64,000 bases of DNA from Podarcis gaigeae (Eukaryota). This document shows, piece after piece, positions 26,001 through 37,699 of the stretch. How positions within the stretch are numbered: position 1 is the stretch's first letter; every line of letters begins with the position of its first letter. The notes beneath the pieces were generated by a model. That model was not told the origin of the DNA and made no database searches. It saw only the letters and a program-made list of their open reading frames with translations. The stretch is from NCBI GenBank assembly GCA_964106915.2, contig OZ066921.1. The stretch is one strand, 5' to 3'. The translations under genes were made by a program, and so were the position numbers.

Positions 26001-26311
26001 CATACCCTCCAACATGCCACAGAGGAAAATCTGGCTGTATGTCTTTTGGGGCTGCATGCCGTGTGAGTCACGTGACTCCCATAAGAACACAGCTCCGAAA
26101 AACTTACATCTTTTCAGAGCCAGATAACTCATGTGAGAGCATAACTTACATCTTTTCAGATCCAGATAACTGGCCCCCCCCCAAAACAAGTGTCTTTGGG
26201 GGCTGTGATCTTGTGGAAGCCAAACAGGACATTCTGGGATCCAATCAGAAGCTGGGATGGCTTCCGTAATTCTGCGATGTCTCGCTTCAAGTGGGACAGT
26301 CATGGGGAATG
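26001..26311 (-). mobile_element. MITE, CATACCCTCCAA-terminus family, copy 2 (inverted)
   Basis: CATACCCTCCAACAT at 26001; reverse complement of 26228-26300 matches the copy-1 body; GCAGCTG duplicated at 25994-26000 and 26312-26318; internal 29-bp direct repeat at 26101 and 26143. Confidence 0.7.
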
Positions 26312-26684
26312 GCAGCTGACAGGGCTGGAACACCCAGCTGGACAGGTTTGCAGTCTTGGTAGCAAATGGCAGCAGGGAAAATGTTTTCTAATGCAGGTTT
26401 CCCCTTGGGGGAGCTGCAACATTCCTTTGGGAATTTTTGTAGCCACAGCCATCTGTATTCATTCAGCTACTTGACAGCCCACAAATCCTGCTCCTGTACA
26501 AAAGGAAACGAAGGAGTTCCGATGCTGTACTTCATTTTAAAACTGGGCAGAGCTTGCTAAAAACTCTGGCCTAAACAGATCTGCAGACAGACAGATTCAC
26601 CTTTTGATGATGCTGTGAACTGCCGACAGTGGTTGTCTATGCAGCATCTCAGTTCTGCTCCCCTCTGCCAGGGATAGTCTTTCC

Positions 26685-26830
26685 CATAAGAACATAATAG
26701 CAGCCCTGTTGGATCATGCAAATGGTCCAGCTACTCTTCCACAGTGTCCAGTTGGGTGACCCTCGGAATCCCACAAGCAGGACATGAAGACAACAAGCCC
26801 CCTCCTGCTTCTTGCCTCCCTGGAGACTCA
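26685..26830 (-). mobile_element. CR1-type LINE/SINE 3' end fragment
   Basis: CATAAGAACATAA terminal repeat followed by CTGTTGGATCA...GGTCCA..., the antisense of a reptile CR1-type tail; similar decayed pieces near 32360-32500 and 54835-54945. Confidence 0.55.
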
Positions 26831-28344
26831 GGCTCAGGAAAGAGACTAGCTCTTCATATGTCCCTATACACTGGCAGCATCCATAAGCGCTATGAGCTGG
26901 ATATTGTGGGTGGTGGGTATCTTACTCCCCAGTCAGATGCTATGCAGAAGATGCCATGTGTGGCTTTGGAGGATTGCTTTGTACAAAAAAAAAAAAAAAA
27001 AAAAACCCACCAACAGTCCAGCACTCAGCTACAACCTTCCTCTGTACATCTAGGAAAAGAGGTCACAGCATGGCTTGTATGGGTGAATCCCAGACCCAAT
27101 GGTGAGATTTGCCACAAGTTCAACAGCCACATTTGTCTTAAAACTGAATCTTTAAGGAATAGGCACCCTTCCACTGGGGAGACAAACTCTCAGAGGGGCT
27201 TGCACAAGCCCAGTTTCTACAGGACAGGAATAGCAGCAACTGACCTTCCTAACATGGCATAGCTGAAGGGAGATATGAGGTTGCTGCCTGACCTGAGGTT
27301 AAGATGGACTGGGCCATAAAACCCAACTTTCATACTTCAAATGTTTGTGCTCCTCCTCCATGAAGGAAAAAAGAGAGCAGTTTCCAGAACAGCAAAGTTG
27401 GTCCAGTTTAGGAGTAGAAAGAATGCCTGCCGTGATCAGATTTACTGCTAGAAAGGAACATGCATGCATCATGGCAAGCCTGAAATGTGTCATTATGAAA
27501 CATTTAACCAGTTTAAATCTCTCTCTCTCTCCCTTCTCTGATGCCCTTCTGAGTGTCTGCGATTTACAGCTCTCAGTCGATAATCAAGCCCAATAGCGTG
27601 GATGAAACTGACAATCAGAGGAAGCATCTAAATGAAACAGAATTGGAGTCACTTTCGAAAGATCCATTAAAGTAAAGAATTCTACTGAAGACTCTATGAC
27701 AGCACTTATTAGAAACACCTCAGAGCAAGAATCAAACTGTGAACGGAATGGAAAATCTCAATGAGTGCTCACAATTAATTAGGGAAAGTTTGGAAGAAGA
27801 GCTCCCTTGTAATCAGGGGAATACCTATTTGGGGTTTGGCAGGGATGGGGCTCATTTCTTTCCATATGTAGTGCACCTTCCAAGGCTAACTGATTTGGAG
27901 GAAGCCCACCTGGCTTGCAAAGGCTGCTCTGGGAGCCATCAAACAGGGCTTGGACCCAGGCCCAGGCAACTGCCCTTGCTCCAAAGCCAGAACTGTTGCT
28001 TCTTGGCCAGAGGGCATCTCTGGAAAGCACTTGGGCCTCCCTCCTTGCTGAGTCCCCATCAGGCCATCTCCCCCCTCAGATAGCAGCACCTTTGCTTCCT
28101 TCCTCCCACAGCCCTTGGATAATTTCCCTGGCTATGGACTCCAGCCTGACCTCAGAACTGTGGTCTTGTCTTTGCAGGGAGCCACAAGGTTCTTAGCTTC
28201 TCATCTCTTAAAAGTGCCCTTGCCCCTTCTGCATCTTGCCTGAGGCAGCCTTGTCTTGCCATCAGGGCCTTCTTGGACTGGCTCAGGTGAGATGAGACTC
28301 AGGCTGGATACCAGCAGGCCAAGGCAAGAGTGGAGGCAGGAGGG

Positions 28345-28640
28345 CAGACCCTCCAAGTGTCCCTATTTTCCAGGGAGTCCTGGATTTACAGAAGCCATTC
28401 TGATTTGACCCTGGAATGTCCTACTTTTCCTTAGGATGTCCCTATTTTCATCTGAGAAATGTTGGAGGGTATGGAGTTATGTGACCCTCAAGCCACAAAG
28501 ATGGAACTATACAAGCTTTAGTAGACATCTGAAGGCAGCTCTGTACAAGGAAGTTTTTTAATGCTTAATGTTTTATTATGTTTTTATATATGTTGCAAGC
28601 TGCCCAGAGTGCCTGGGGCATCCCAGTCAGATGGGCTGGG

Positions 28641-28679
<39 letters not shown>

Positions 28680-28736
28680 AGTAATAGAATAGAACAGAAC
28701 ATCCCTATTTGCATCGGAGAAATGTTGGGGGGTATG
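28345..28736 (+). mobile_element. MITE, CATACCCTCCAA-terminus family, copy 3, containing an L2 3' end
   Basis: Left end CAGACCCTCCAA; right-terminal unit present twice (28434-28473, 28697-28736); body aligns to copy 1; no TSD seen. Confidence 0.75.
28500..28678 (+). mobile_element. L2-clade LINE 3' end with (AAT)n tail
   Basis: Reads TSFSRHLKAALYKEVF-stop (L2 ORF2 C-terminus-like), then GCTGCCCAGAGTGCCTGGGG..CAGATGGGC stem and (AAT)n; homologous to 52511-52675. Confidence 0.75.
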
Positions 28737-30639
28737 GGTTCTGGCTGAATGCAGGGGCTCTGACTTGGCTCTGTGGCCACACAGCTCCTATGTTGCTTCA
28801 GCAGGGAACAAGCTGAACCTCACCCAGCCCTATGTGGCTGCAGCAGAACAGCTGTCTCCTAACCACAAGCCTGGCAGGCACTGGAAAGTTCTGCTTTGCT
28901 TAAAGGGCCCAGCCCTCTCCATTAGTCTCTTGCTGCAAGGGAGTGGAGTCTCCGGTTGCAACGAGTCCTCCAGGGAGCCTTCCAAGCCTGAGAATGGCAT
29001 CCTCTGGCTGCAGGGTGAGGAGGAGGACACTGGCCCTGCAGGCTCCTCAGGTAGGAATGCTTCAGAGGGTGCCTACATACCCTTCCCCTTCTGTTTCAGA
29101 GTCTTACACTTCATCACCTGAAGAGCACTCCCTCTCTTAGCCCCTGACAGGGTAGTAGCACATTTAATTCTGACCAGTACCAATTTGACAAATCCGTATA
29201 ACAAATATATTTAAGCAAGCACTTGCTCACTTCATTTTGTTTGTTTGTTTTATTATACAGTGTTTATATACTACTTCATTGTAATAAAACCCAAAAAGAC
29301 TCATTTGACCACCACCACCACTTACTCCACCATGCTGGAGGCCAGGCCCTTCTATGGAAGTCCAGCTCCTTTTCTGAAGCATCTTAGCAGGGGCCCAAAC
29401 CCTTGATGGTGCCTCTGGCTAGGTTTTGCCAGCAGGACCCCTAACCAGTTGGGGACAAACCAGGCCATGCAAATGGCCCTCGGCTGCACTTCCTGATTGA
29501 ATGGGGTGCACGTGGCAGAGTGGAAAAATGTCAGAAGTAGCTGCATGAGCATCATTCAAAACCAGGTGTAAATCTAAATGATCCTGGGCACTCAGAGGAT
29601 GGATTTGTCATTGGTTAGAAATATGGGTGAATCTGTAAATTTCGGTTTCTCTCAGCTTTTCCTTTTTTGCAGATTTTTTAAAAAGAAGTCCTCATGAAAA
29701 TTCATCAGTATTTTAGTGTGAATTTCTCTAAATTTATACATTTTTGTTTGCAATGCTACCTACAATTTTATTGAGTGCATGATGGAGGACTTGTGATGCA
29801 TCTTTGCTACAAATGTAAATGGGAAGCAAAGCAGCCCCTGGTATGTTCTGGCTGCTTCTTTGACCACTCTGAGCCGTTACAAATATCCACAGCCATAAAG
29901 ACAGGTAGAATCACACACACCTGAATGACACCTTCTGCCTCCCTCAAATGGACCCGACTCCCCAGCTTGAATCTGTTTCTCAGTCAATTCCTCTTTAGCA
30001 GGGGTTACTTAAAGTTGACTTTGCCTCCCCATATCCTACCTGGCCTGTTCCCTCAGGGTCACTTTGTGTTCTCAGGGAGTCAGGTGGGCCCAGATGCCTG
30101 GGATCTGGGATCATTAGAAGCCTCGATTGCTGTAGCCAATTCCTCGCCACTCTGGTTCAGGGCAAGTAATAGCATCTGCAGCAATGACCCTGGTCATTCT
30201 CAAAGCCACACAGAGACCCTGTGACCAGGCTCTGCAAGGCCTTTTGTCCGGGGTCTATACGAATAGCAAATGGATAGCCACCTCCTCTCCTGCTTAAAAG
30301 GAATGTGCTCAGGGACATGAAGGCCTGCCCTTCGATCCAACTAGCCTCTCCTATTGCCTCTCTTTCACTGTGCAAATGCACCCCCCCCGACAACACACAC
30401 ACCCTCCCCACCAAAGCTTTGCCAACAGCTGGAGAATCACCTCTTTAATTCTGACACACGAAGGATGGTGGAAGGCACCCACCAGTTCACCTGCCTCCTG
30501 GAATTCACAGCAATTCTTTGAATGTGATAAAAGACCCTCTTCCTCTCCCCGTTCCTCTCGCCTCCTTGAAGCCTGCCCAGGCCCAGACAACCAGGTCTCC
30601 CCAGCCCTTAGATCCCCGCCATCAAGGGGTTCATTTTCT

Positions 30640-31360
30640 GTTCAAAACATGGCAGCTTAAACCAACAAAATGAAACAGAAATACAAGAGGAGAATTATCA
30701 AAGGGAAAGGAAGAGCAAGAAATAAATGAGAAATAGGTGAGCGGGGGTCGAAGGCGACAAAGCGAGGCGCTTGACCCACCTGGAGAGCAGACCGGGCCAT
30801 CGCGTCCGTCTTGGCCAATCATGCGAGCTTTGCAACGGGCAGGAAAATCCACATGGGTTCATTTGGCTGGAGAGGGTGGCTCATAAACCTTACAGTGCTG
30901 CTATGAAAGCTCTCCGAATCTCCCCACGTTTCCCCTTGTCATACCGTGGAGATTGGCTGCTGGAGAAGTGGTGTTGGTGGTGGGGCGGGCAGGCAGGAGG
31001 GGGATTGGACTGATGTGTGTTGTGGGGGATCAGCTGGTGGGGGGGAGAGGGATGGCCAGAATTATTATTTTTTTAAACTGCGTAAAGCGAACGAAGAAAA
31101 CAGTTTATACCTTTAGGGTCATGTGAGGGAGCCACTGGCAAAGATATATGCAAGACAACAGCAAAAGAGGGAAGAGGGAGGGGGGAGGGGGAGAATGAGT
31201 GCGAAGGAGAGAGGCAAAAGCTTTCTATTATTCGGGACATTGGTGATGCACACGGAGGCAGTTGGAAGATTAAATTAAGTATTATATCTGCTGACCCAAT
31301 TGCCATGGTTACCGGACAGCGGAAAATATTAATCAAGCCAAGCCTTTTCTGCTGAACATT
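30640..31360. promoter_or_regulatory. CpG-retaining promoter/enhancer-like block
   Basis: CpG cluster 30740-30850; CCAAT boxes GGCCAATCA (30813-21) and GATTGGCT (30951-58); RFX X-box-like ATTGCCATGGTTAC (31299-312); no repeats. Function is inferred. Confidence 0.45.
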
Positions 31361-31410
31361 CTGGGGGAGGCGGAGGTGGGTGGTGGTGGTGGGGAGAATG
31401 CTCAATATAA

Positions 31411-31443
<33 letters not shown>

Positions 31444-32179
31444 GGCATTGCTCCGTCACACAAATGCTGTGGAGGAAGGCACCTGATATTGTCAAGAAAA
31501 ACCATTTAAAAATATTGCTGCTGCTGCTGCTGCTATTATTATTATTATTATTCAGAGGAGAGCAGATGTCACTGCAGAAAGCTATGCTTGGAGGACAAAG
31601 ATATGGCAGCCTCCAGCTCCTTCTTCCAGCTGTTTTTTAAAAAGTATTTATTAATGGCAGCAAACTATGACATTTGGCTGATTGCAAAGGCAACGGGATC
31701 TCCAAGGCTCTTTGCATCCTTCCGCCCAGGAAACATCACCGCAGCTGAGTATCCCTCCTGACAGGAGAGGTAGCAGCCTGGAGAAATAAATGATGGCCCA
31801 GGTAGACAATGAGCAAAGACCGGCTGGAGAAGGCTGCCTATGTGTGTCTCCTGCCAGCCCCTTCGTGTGCAAGACTAAGCCTCTGTTGCTACCACATCCA
31901 TCTGCAGCTGCTGCCATTGCACACAGAATGAGAGCCATGCATACCTTCAGGAATGGCCCGAGTCTCACAACTGAAGACTGAAGCTCTGGTTCCACCATGT
32001 TAAGAGATGTAGGAGCTTGGTGATGAATTTGAACCAGACGCTATCCTCTGATAAGTTCATAGACAACTGCCGCCTTCCCTGTCTGTGCTTTCAAAATGGG
32101 GGTGAGAGCAGGGGTGGGGCATGAACCACTGAGCCCTGTAATTTACCTGACAACAGCCACCATCTTGCTGCTACTCCGG

Positions 32180-32197
32180 GGCCAGCAGGTGGCACTG
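32180..32197 (+). promoter_or_regulatory. Candidate CTCF binding site
   Basis: GGCCAGCAGGTGGCACTG fits the CCASYAGRKGGCRS core with no mismatch. Confidence 0.6.
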
Positions 32198-35100
32198 TAG
32201 CTTCATCTGCTTCTACTCCCAACTGGTGGTTAGGCCGAAACAGGAACTTCTTCTTGATTGGCTCATTCAGATTATTTAACTTCCTGAGTCACTGTTGAGC
32301 TGGGCAGGGTCCAACCATTTTTTCCTTTACCTTCCTTCTAGTGTAAAGCAGAAGAGTTTCCATGTCAGAGCAGACCAAGGGCCTATCTGACCTAACTCCC
32401 CTGCTCCCAACAGAGACCAGTCAGATCCCTCTGGGAAGCTCACAAGCAGATGAGCCAGCTGCCCCTCTGCCCCAGTTATCTGAACATGGAGGTTCCACTT
32501 ATATGTCGTGGTTAATTATTACAGATAGATGTATCCTCCTCTTCTTCTATGTATGTGTCTAATCTTTACGTTGTCAGCAGGACAAAGCAAAATGCAGTAT
32601 CAGGCATTCAGTGGTGTATGCCTGCATGTGAAGATGGAGGGTCTGTTGGCCTGGTTTAGACTCCTAAAATATGTAGAGCTCTCCTTTCTTAGTCATCTTG
32701 CCCAGCATCTTCCTCCAACAGTGTATAGCCTAAAAAAGACCACAAGTAGGACATGAAGGCCTCCCTGGCTGTCCTCATACACAGGATTTGGACCTCAGGA
32801 AGCAGGCAGCCTCTTCAACATATGCAAATGAGGTAGGCATCTACTTAAAGAAGCATTCTTTTCGTACAGGCCTTCCCATATTAATTCAGTGTACCGTATT
32901 TTATTTTTCTCCACTGCTGGCATTTTGATCACTTGGAAATTGTTTTTATCTTGTCTTTATGATATATTGCTTTTCTCTTTAATATACACTGGTTTGATAT
33001 TTTCTAATAATAATTGGTTAAAAAGTCTAGCACAGAAATGTGAACAGAAATTCAGCTCCCATCTCATCGTTCTCAGACTGTCTATCAGGGTTTCATAATC
33101 TTTTTGGCTGTAGATATTTTAAATGCTACTCTTTTGGTCTTTAGTTTTGTAAGGTACCAGAAGTAAGTGATTGCTTGATTCCAGGTGTTCCAAATGTTCT
33201 GATTGACTTCAGGGGTTTTAAAAAATGTTTTGAAATGGTTAATACACACATATGTATGCGTGTGTGTGCGTGTGTGTGTATATGTATATGTGTGTGTGTA
33301 TATATTTAAAATAGTATTATTTTTATCTTTATTTATTTTTCCTGTACTGAGATACTTTGGAAGGAAAGGCAGGATAGAAATCAATCAGTCAATCAATTAA
33401 ATACCTGTGTCTGTATGAGAGTTTTAACATTTTTAGCAACACAGCTGTTTCTGTAAATATACTTCTGATAAGCAGAAGCAAAAGTACTGTGTATTAAAGA
33501 CAACACTTAAAAAGAGCATTGCTGCCTTTAAAAAAATTTAAAATTTTTAAAATTAAAAAATGTTAATAATAAATATTCATCATAAAATAAACAGAACTAC
33601 TCTACTGTATTACACCTTGGGGCTCCAATAATGTCATCTGCAAAACACTCTTTCCAGAAATACCTCCAGAATTGTAGTCACCCTACTCCAAAGTATTTCC
33701 AAAATTGTTTAATTAAATCCTTGCTTGGTGATGGGAAAACTGCCAGAGGACGTCACAAGAATATTGCCATTCAAAAACTGTGTTACATATTTCCTATGAA
33801 TTAAATAACAAAAGGCAGTCTCTGCAATCCAGTGGAGTGAACAGCAGCTGGCATACTTAAGTCCCATGCAATGATGTGGTTGAAATGCACCAAATTCTGT
33901 CTTGGAATGTGGTCAGTAATTTTTAGTCAATCCATTGAAAAGCAGACTGCGCTAAGTCTCAGTCCAGTGGTGTTGTTCTCTCAAAGGAAATACTCTCCCC
34001 ATTTATTCTTTGACCCAAGGGAAACTCATGAAAAAGCTGGAGACCTTCCCCTGCCCCCCCCCCCAGTAGTTACTTGCCAGCATCCTCTGTATTGCTGTCT
34101 GTTTACTGCTGACTCTTGCTGCCAAGATGGCAATCACCCCATCGCACCCAGCACCCTGATCCCTTGAGTCCTGCAATCTGGAGCTTCTTGGCTGTGCATT
34201 CTGGAGTGCCCAGACCCCTGAATCAGTGGCCGCTGCCTCTGCATAAGCCCTCCCCTTTGGCACTTCAGACATAGCTCCTTCCTTCTTACCCCGGCAACTT
34301 ACTCTGGATTCTCCTCCATCTGCCACCCTGCCCAGCTGCTTGTGGGATCCTCACAATCCTGCCCAAACGTGCCTCCTTCCCCTTGATCCAGCAACACCTC
34401 CCTCCCAGTTTGTCTGTTCCTGGCCCTGAGTCTTTGCTTTCTTCCACCCCACCAGCAGTAGCCCAGCCGGCCAGAGGCTCATGGGCAGTACCTGTCCGGC
34501 CAGTAATCCTTTCCTGCCTGGAAAATGATTACCCTGCCATGGCCAGTGTGGACGGCTTAGGGCAGCTGTGTCATATAAATTGTCAGCAATGACCATAAGC
34601 ACTCAGAGAAACACTTTAATTCTTCACTCCCGCCACCGTGGGCTGATATATTCTTTCAAGGTCATTACCCAAGGCTAGGGGGGTCGCATGATAAACGAGT
34701 GACAGGCCCAATGAGGGACGGTGTGCCTGAGCAGGCCTTACATTAATTAGACAGAAGCGCTAGAGAGGAAAGGTGGCTGGGCCAAAGAAGGGGAGGGGGA
34801 GGGCTGGCCCAGGCTCTCTGGGATCTCTCACCCTTCCCTTCCCCTCCTGCAGGCCAGGAGACCAGTTGGCCTCCCTCCCTTGCCAGGTTTAGCAGCTTTA
34901 CTTGTAAAACTACATATCAGATGTAAACAATACTTCATTTCTGCTTTGCAAGGACCGGGACACCCCTCTCTGCCTGTGTTCTGCTGGGTCTGCTACTTGC
35001 CTCCCACCCCTGCTTCACAGCGGACTACAGAAGAGTAACTTGCAATGAATGACACATCCGAGAAACAGCAAGGAAGAAAGGCGGCACCATGTGACATTTC

Positions 35101-35449
35101 TCGAAAGGCACCGTTGACAGGCCTGGTACAGCCACCCGCCTTGTTAGGTTGAAAGAGCAGTAAGAGAATTGCTGGGTCAGTTCACGCACCCACATTTGTC
35201 ACTTGGTGGCTACACCCTCAAGTATCAACTTGCACATCCAAATGAGGCATCCAGAACCTAAAGTAACCTCCAGTACTGTACAAAATGTCTATGGGTAGAA
35301 TCACCACACACATTCAGCCAACACTCAGCACATGCTGAATAATCAAATTATGAGGAGTCTAGCGATGTTGGTGAATGTGCTGCTGGGTGCACCCGAGCAC
35401 TTGGTTCCTTGAAACCAGAAGAGGGGGTCTGGATAATATCACATCTCCC

Positions 35450-35535
35450 CATGTTGAGCAAAAGATTCTTGTATTTCAGGGGGTTAGACTAGATGATCCT
35501 CGTGGTCCCTTCCAACTCTACAATTTGTGATTCTA
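35450..35535 (+). mobile_element. CR1 LINE 3' terminus
   Basis: GGGTTAGACTAGATGATCCTCGTGGTCCCTTCCAACTCTACAATTTGTGATTCTA is the canonical CR1 3' end with decayed ATTCTRTG repeat. Confidence 0.85.
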
Positions 35536-36877
35536 AAGATATAGAGCTCAGCCACCTCTGTTCCAGCCTTTTAATTGGGTGTTACTGCAGGTGTGAAGGG
35601 AGCCTGGTTACAGCTGCTACCCTTTGGTGAAAAAGGCTCCCAGTTCGAACTGAACCATCGGTTGCATGTTGTATTTGGGGTGGGGTTGGAGATAGAGTGG
35701 AGCAGATGGGTGCAATCCCAAATGGCAACAAACAAAGCCACCGAGTAATGGTGCAACGGGCTGCACCTCTGGCCTCCCCTGCCCCCTGACATCCACATTC
35801 ACCCAACAGCACGTGCAGGAGTGAGGGGTCTTCCTGACTAGTGCAAGCCCTGGTGGGTGGGTGTGGGTGGGTGTTCCGCCTTGGGTGCCCTCCCATGGCT
35901 CCCCACTATGAGAAGAATGATTTGAGATGGCGAGTTGATTTTGTTCTTTATAAATCAACCGCTGGCTAGTCCTGAATCCAGCACTGCATCTGTTCCTTGC
36001 CTGGATCTGTGTACGCATATCAATGATTTCTTGATCTTCCTGCCCTTCGAGGTACAAGTGTAGGCAGACGTGTAAGGAAATATTTGGTGTGTGCCTGCGT
36101 GGGCGTATTAAAAGGGTTCTATGCTCTCGCTTTCTCTTCCTCGTTTTCTCTGGTTACTCTCGATAATGCTGATTTTACTGCATAAAAAGAAAGCCCCCCA
36201 GAGCATTCGGCTCTTCCCACCCCCACCCCCGCCTGCCTTCAATTCCTCATAAAGCCTCTGGCCTTACACTGCTGTTTATCACCTAAGGCAAACTCTCTCT
36301 CTCTCCCCTCCACCCAATCCCATTTCTTTAAATCTCTAAACCACAAGGCAGTGTGCGAGCAACACCGTGGGTCAAAATATCAAAAGCCGGAGCTTTCTCC
36401 GGTTTCCTCGATAACACAAACCATAAAAGGAGGCAGTAGCATCAGCGCAGGCAGTTGCCCTGACCTTAGCTGGTGATGCTGCACGATGGTTCCCGGGCAG
36501 CCTGCACTCAGCCACACCGGCAGGTGATGGGACTGGCTGGGGCTCCAGCAGGTGTTAATGATGGAGAGGCAAGAGCAGAGGATGAATCTCACAACTGCAA
36601 GGAGGATGCAAGGACAGCATGGGATGGGTTTCATCCTGCAGACAGCACCAGAGAAACAGCCGCCTCACCCCACAACCCAGGTATCATTTCAGAAACTGTA
36701 CGCCCCGTTCTGGTGTTCTCGAGGGCGAATGCATCAGAAACAGGAGGGAAGGAGGATGTGACCATTCACAACAGCCCCATCCTTTTGGACAGCAAAGGTT
36801 GCAGAACGGCAGCAGAAGAAGTTCAGTACAAATCTGAAAATGACTGGCCTGCTCTCAGCTTTGCAGCTTGGCTACAC

Positions 36878-36879
<2 letters not shown>

Positions 36880-36928
<49 letters not shown>

Positions 36929-36940
36929 CCCCCCCCCCCC
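36880..36940. repeat. (CT)n microsatellite followed by poly-C
   Basis: Direct reading. Confidence 0.95.
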
Positions 36941-37699
36941 TAACATAACAGTGGTTGTCCATTCCCATCCTCCAGCCCACTCCAACTCCCAAAAATCAAG
37001 CATACATTTGCAACTTTTGTTTCCCAGTGTTTGGGGCGCCATGCCCCTTAGTGTATTTTATATATACCCTTAGTGTATTTTTGAAAAGCGACAGCCACTC
37101 TAGAAGCTGGCAGTTCTGCAGGCCTGTAATGTGCCCTGGGGTGCTGCTTTGTCTCTTTGGGCATTCAGCCCCTCTACTCTTTGCACTTAGAAAGTCTTGT
37201 CTCTAACAAGCCTCAGGAACGTGAGAATGAGGGCCTGAAACTGCCTGTCACCAAAACTTCAGAAAAAGTCCTTATGTTGACTGGCTCAATCCAAGCCCTG
37301 AATTTGAGTCTGCTGGCCTGGTCTTCCTGTAGTGACTACAGGGCCAGACTCAATAAAATGTGGGCCCCACAGAACATGTACATATCTCACACCTATGCAG
37401 TCAGTGTGCACACATGGCTGAATCACCTGCCCATAAAGCACACAAACATGTAGAAGGGCACATCTAAACCACGGCCGGCAGCAGCACCTCCATGAAGGAT
37501 GGGCTTCAGAGATGAAAGAGACTTGTCTCACGCGCGTCAGGCAAAGGCTGCCATTTTGAACAACACTTTCCCTTCCATCAGAAGAAACACCCCAAAGACC
37601 AGACTTCTTTCCCACCAAAGGGCACGTCCGCCTCCTGTCCGCCCCTCCCTCCTGCCCCACTTGAGGGCATGAACCAGCCGTGCGGAAGGAGTGGGGAGG

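Noticed and set aside
32900-33400. Possible L1/Tx1 or L2 remnant in an AT-rich stretch
   Set aside because: Similarity too weak to call by eye.
35617-36057. Minus-strand 146-aa ORF with a protein-like N-terminal stretch
   Set aside because: TTG start, no recognisable family and no convincing splice signals; more likely non-coding.
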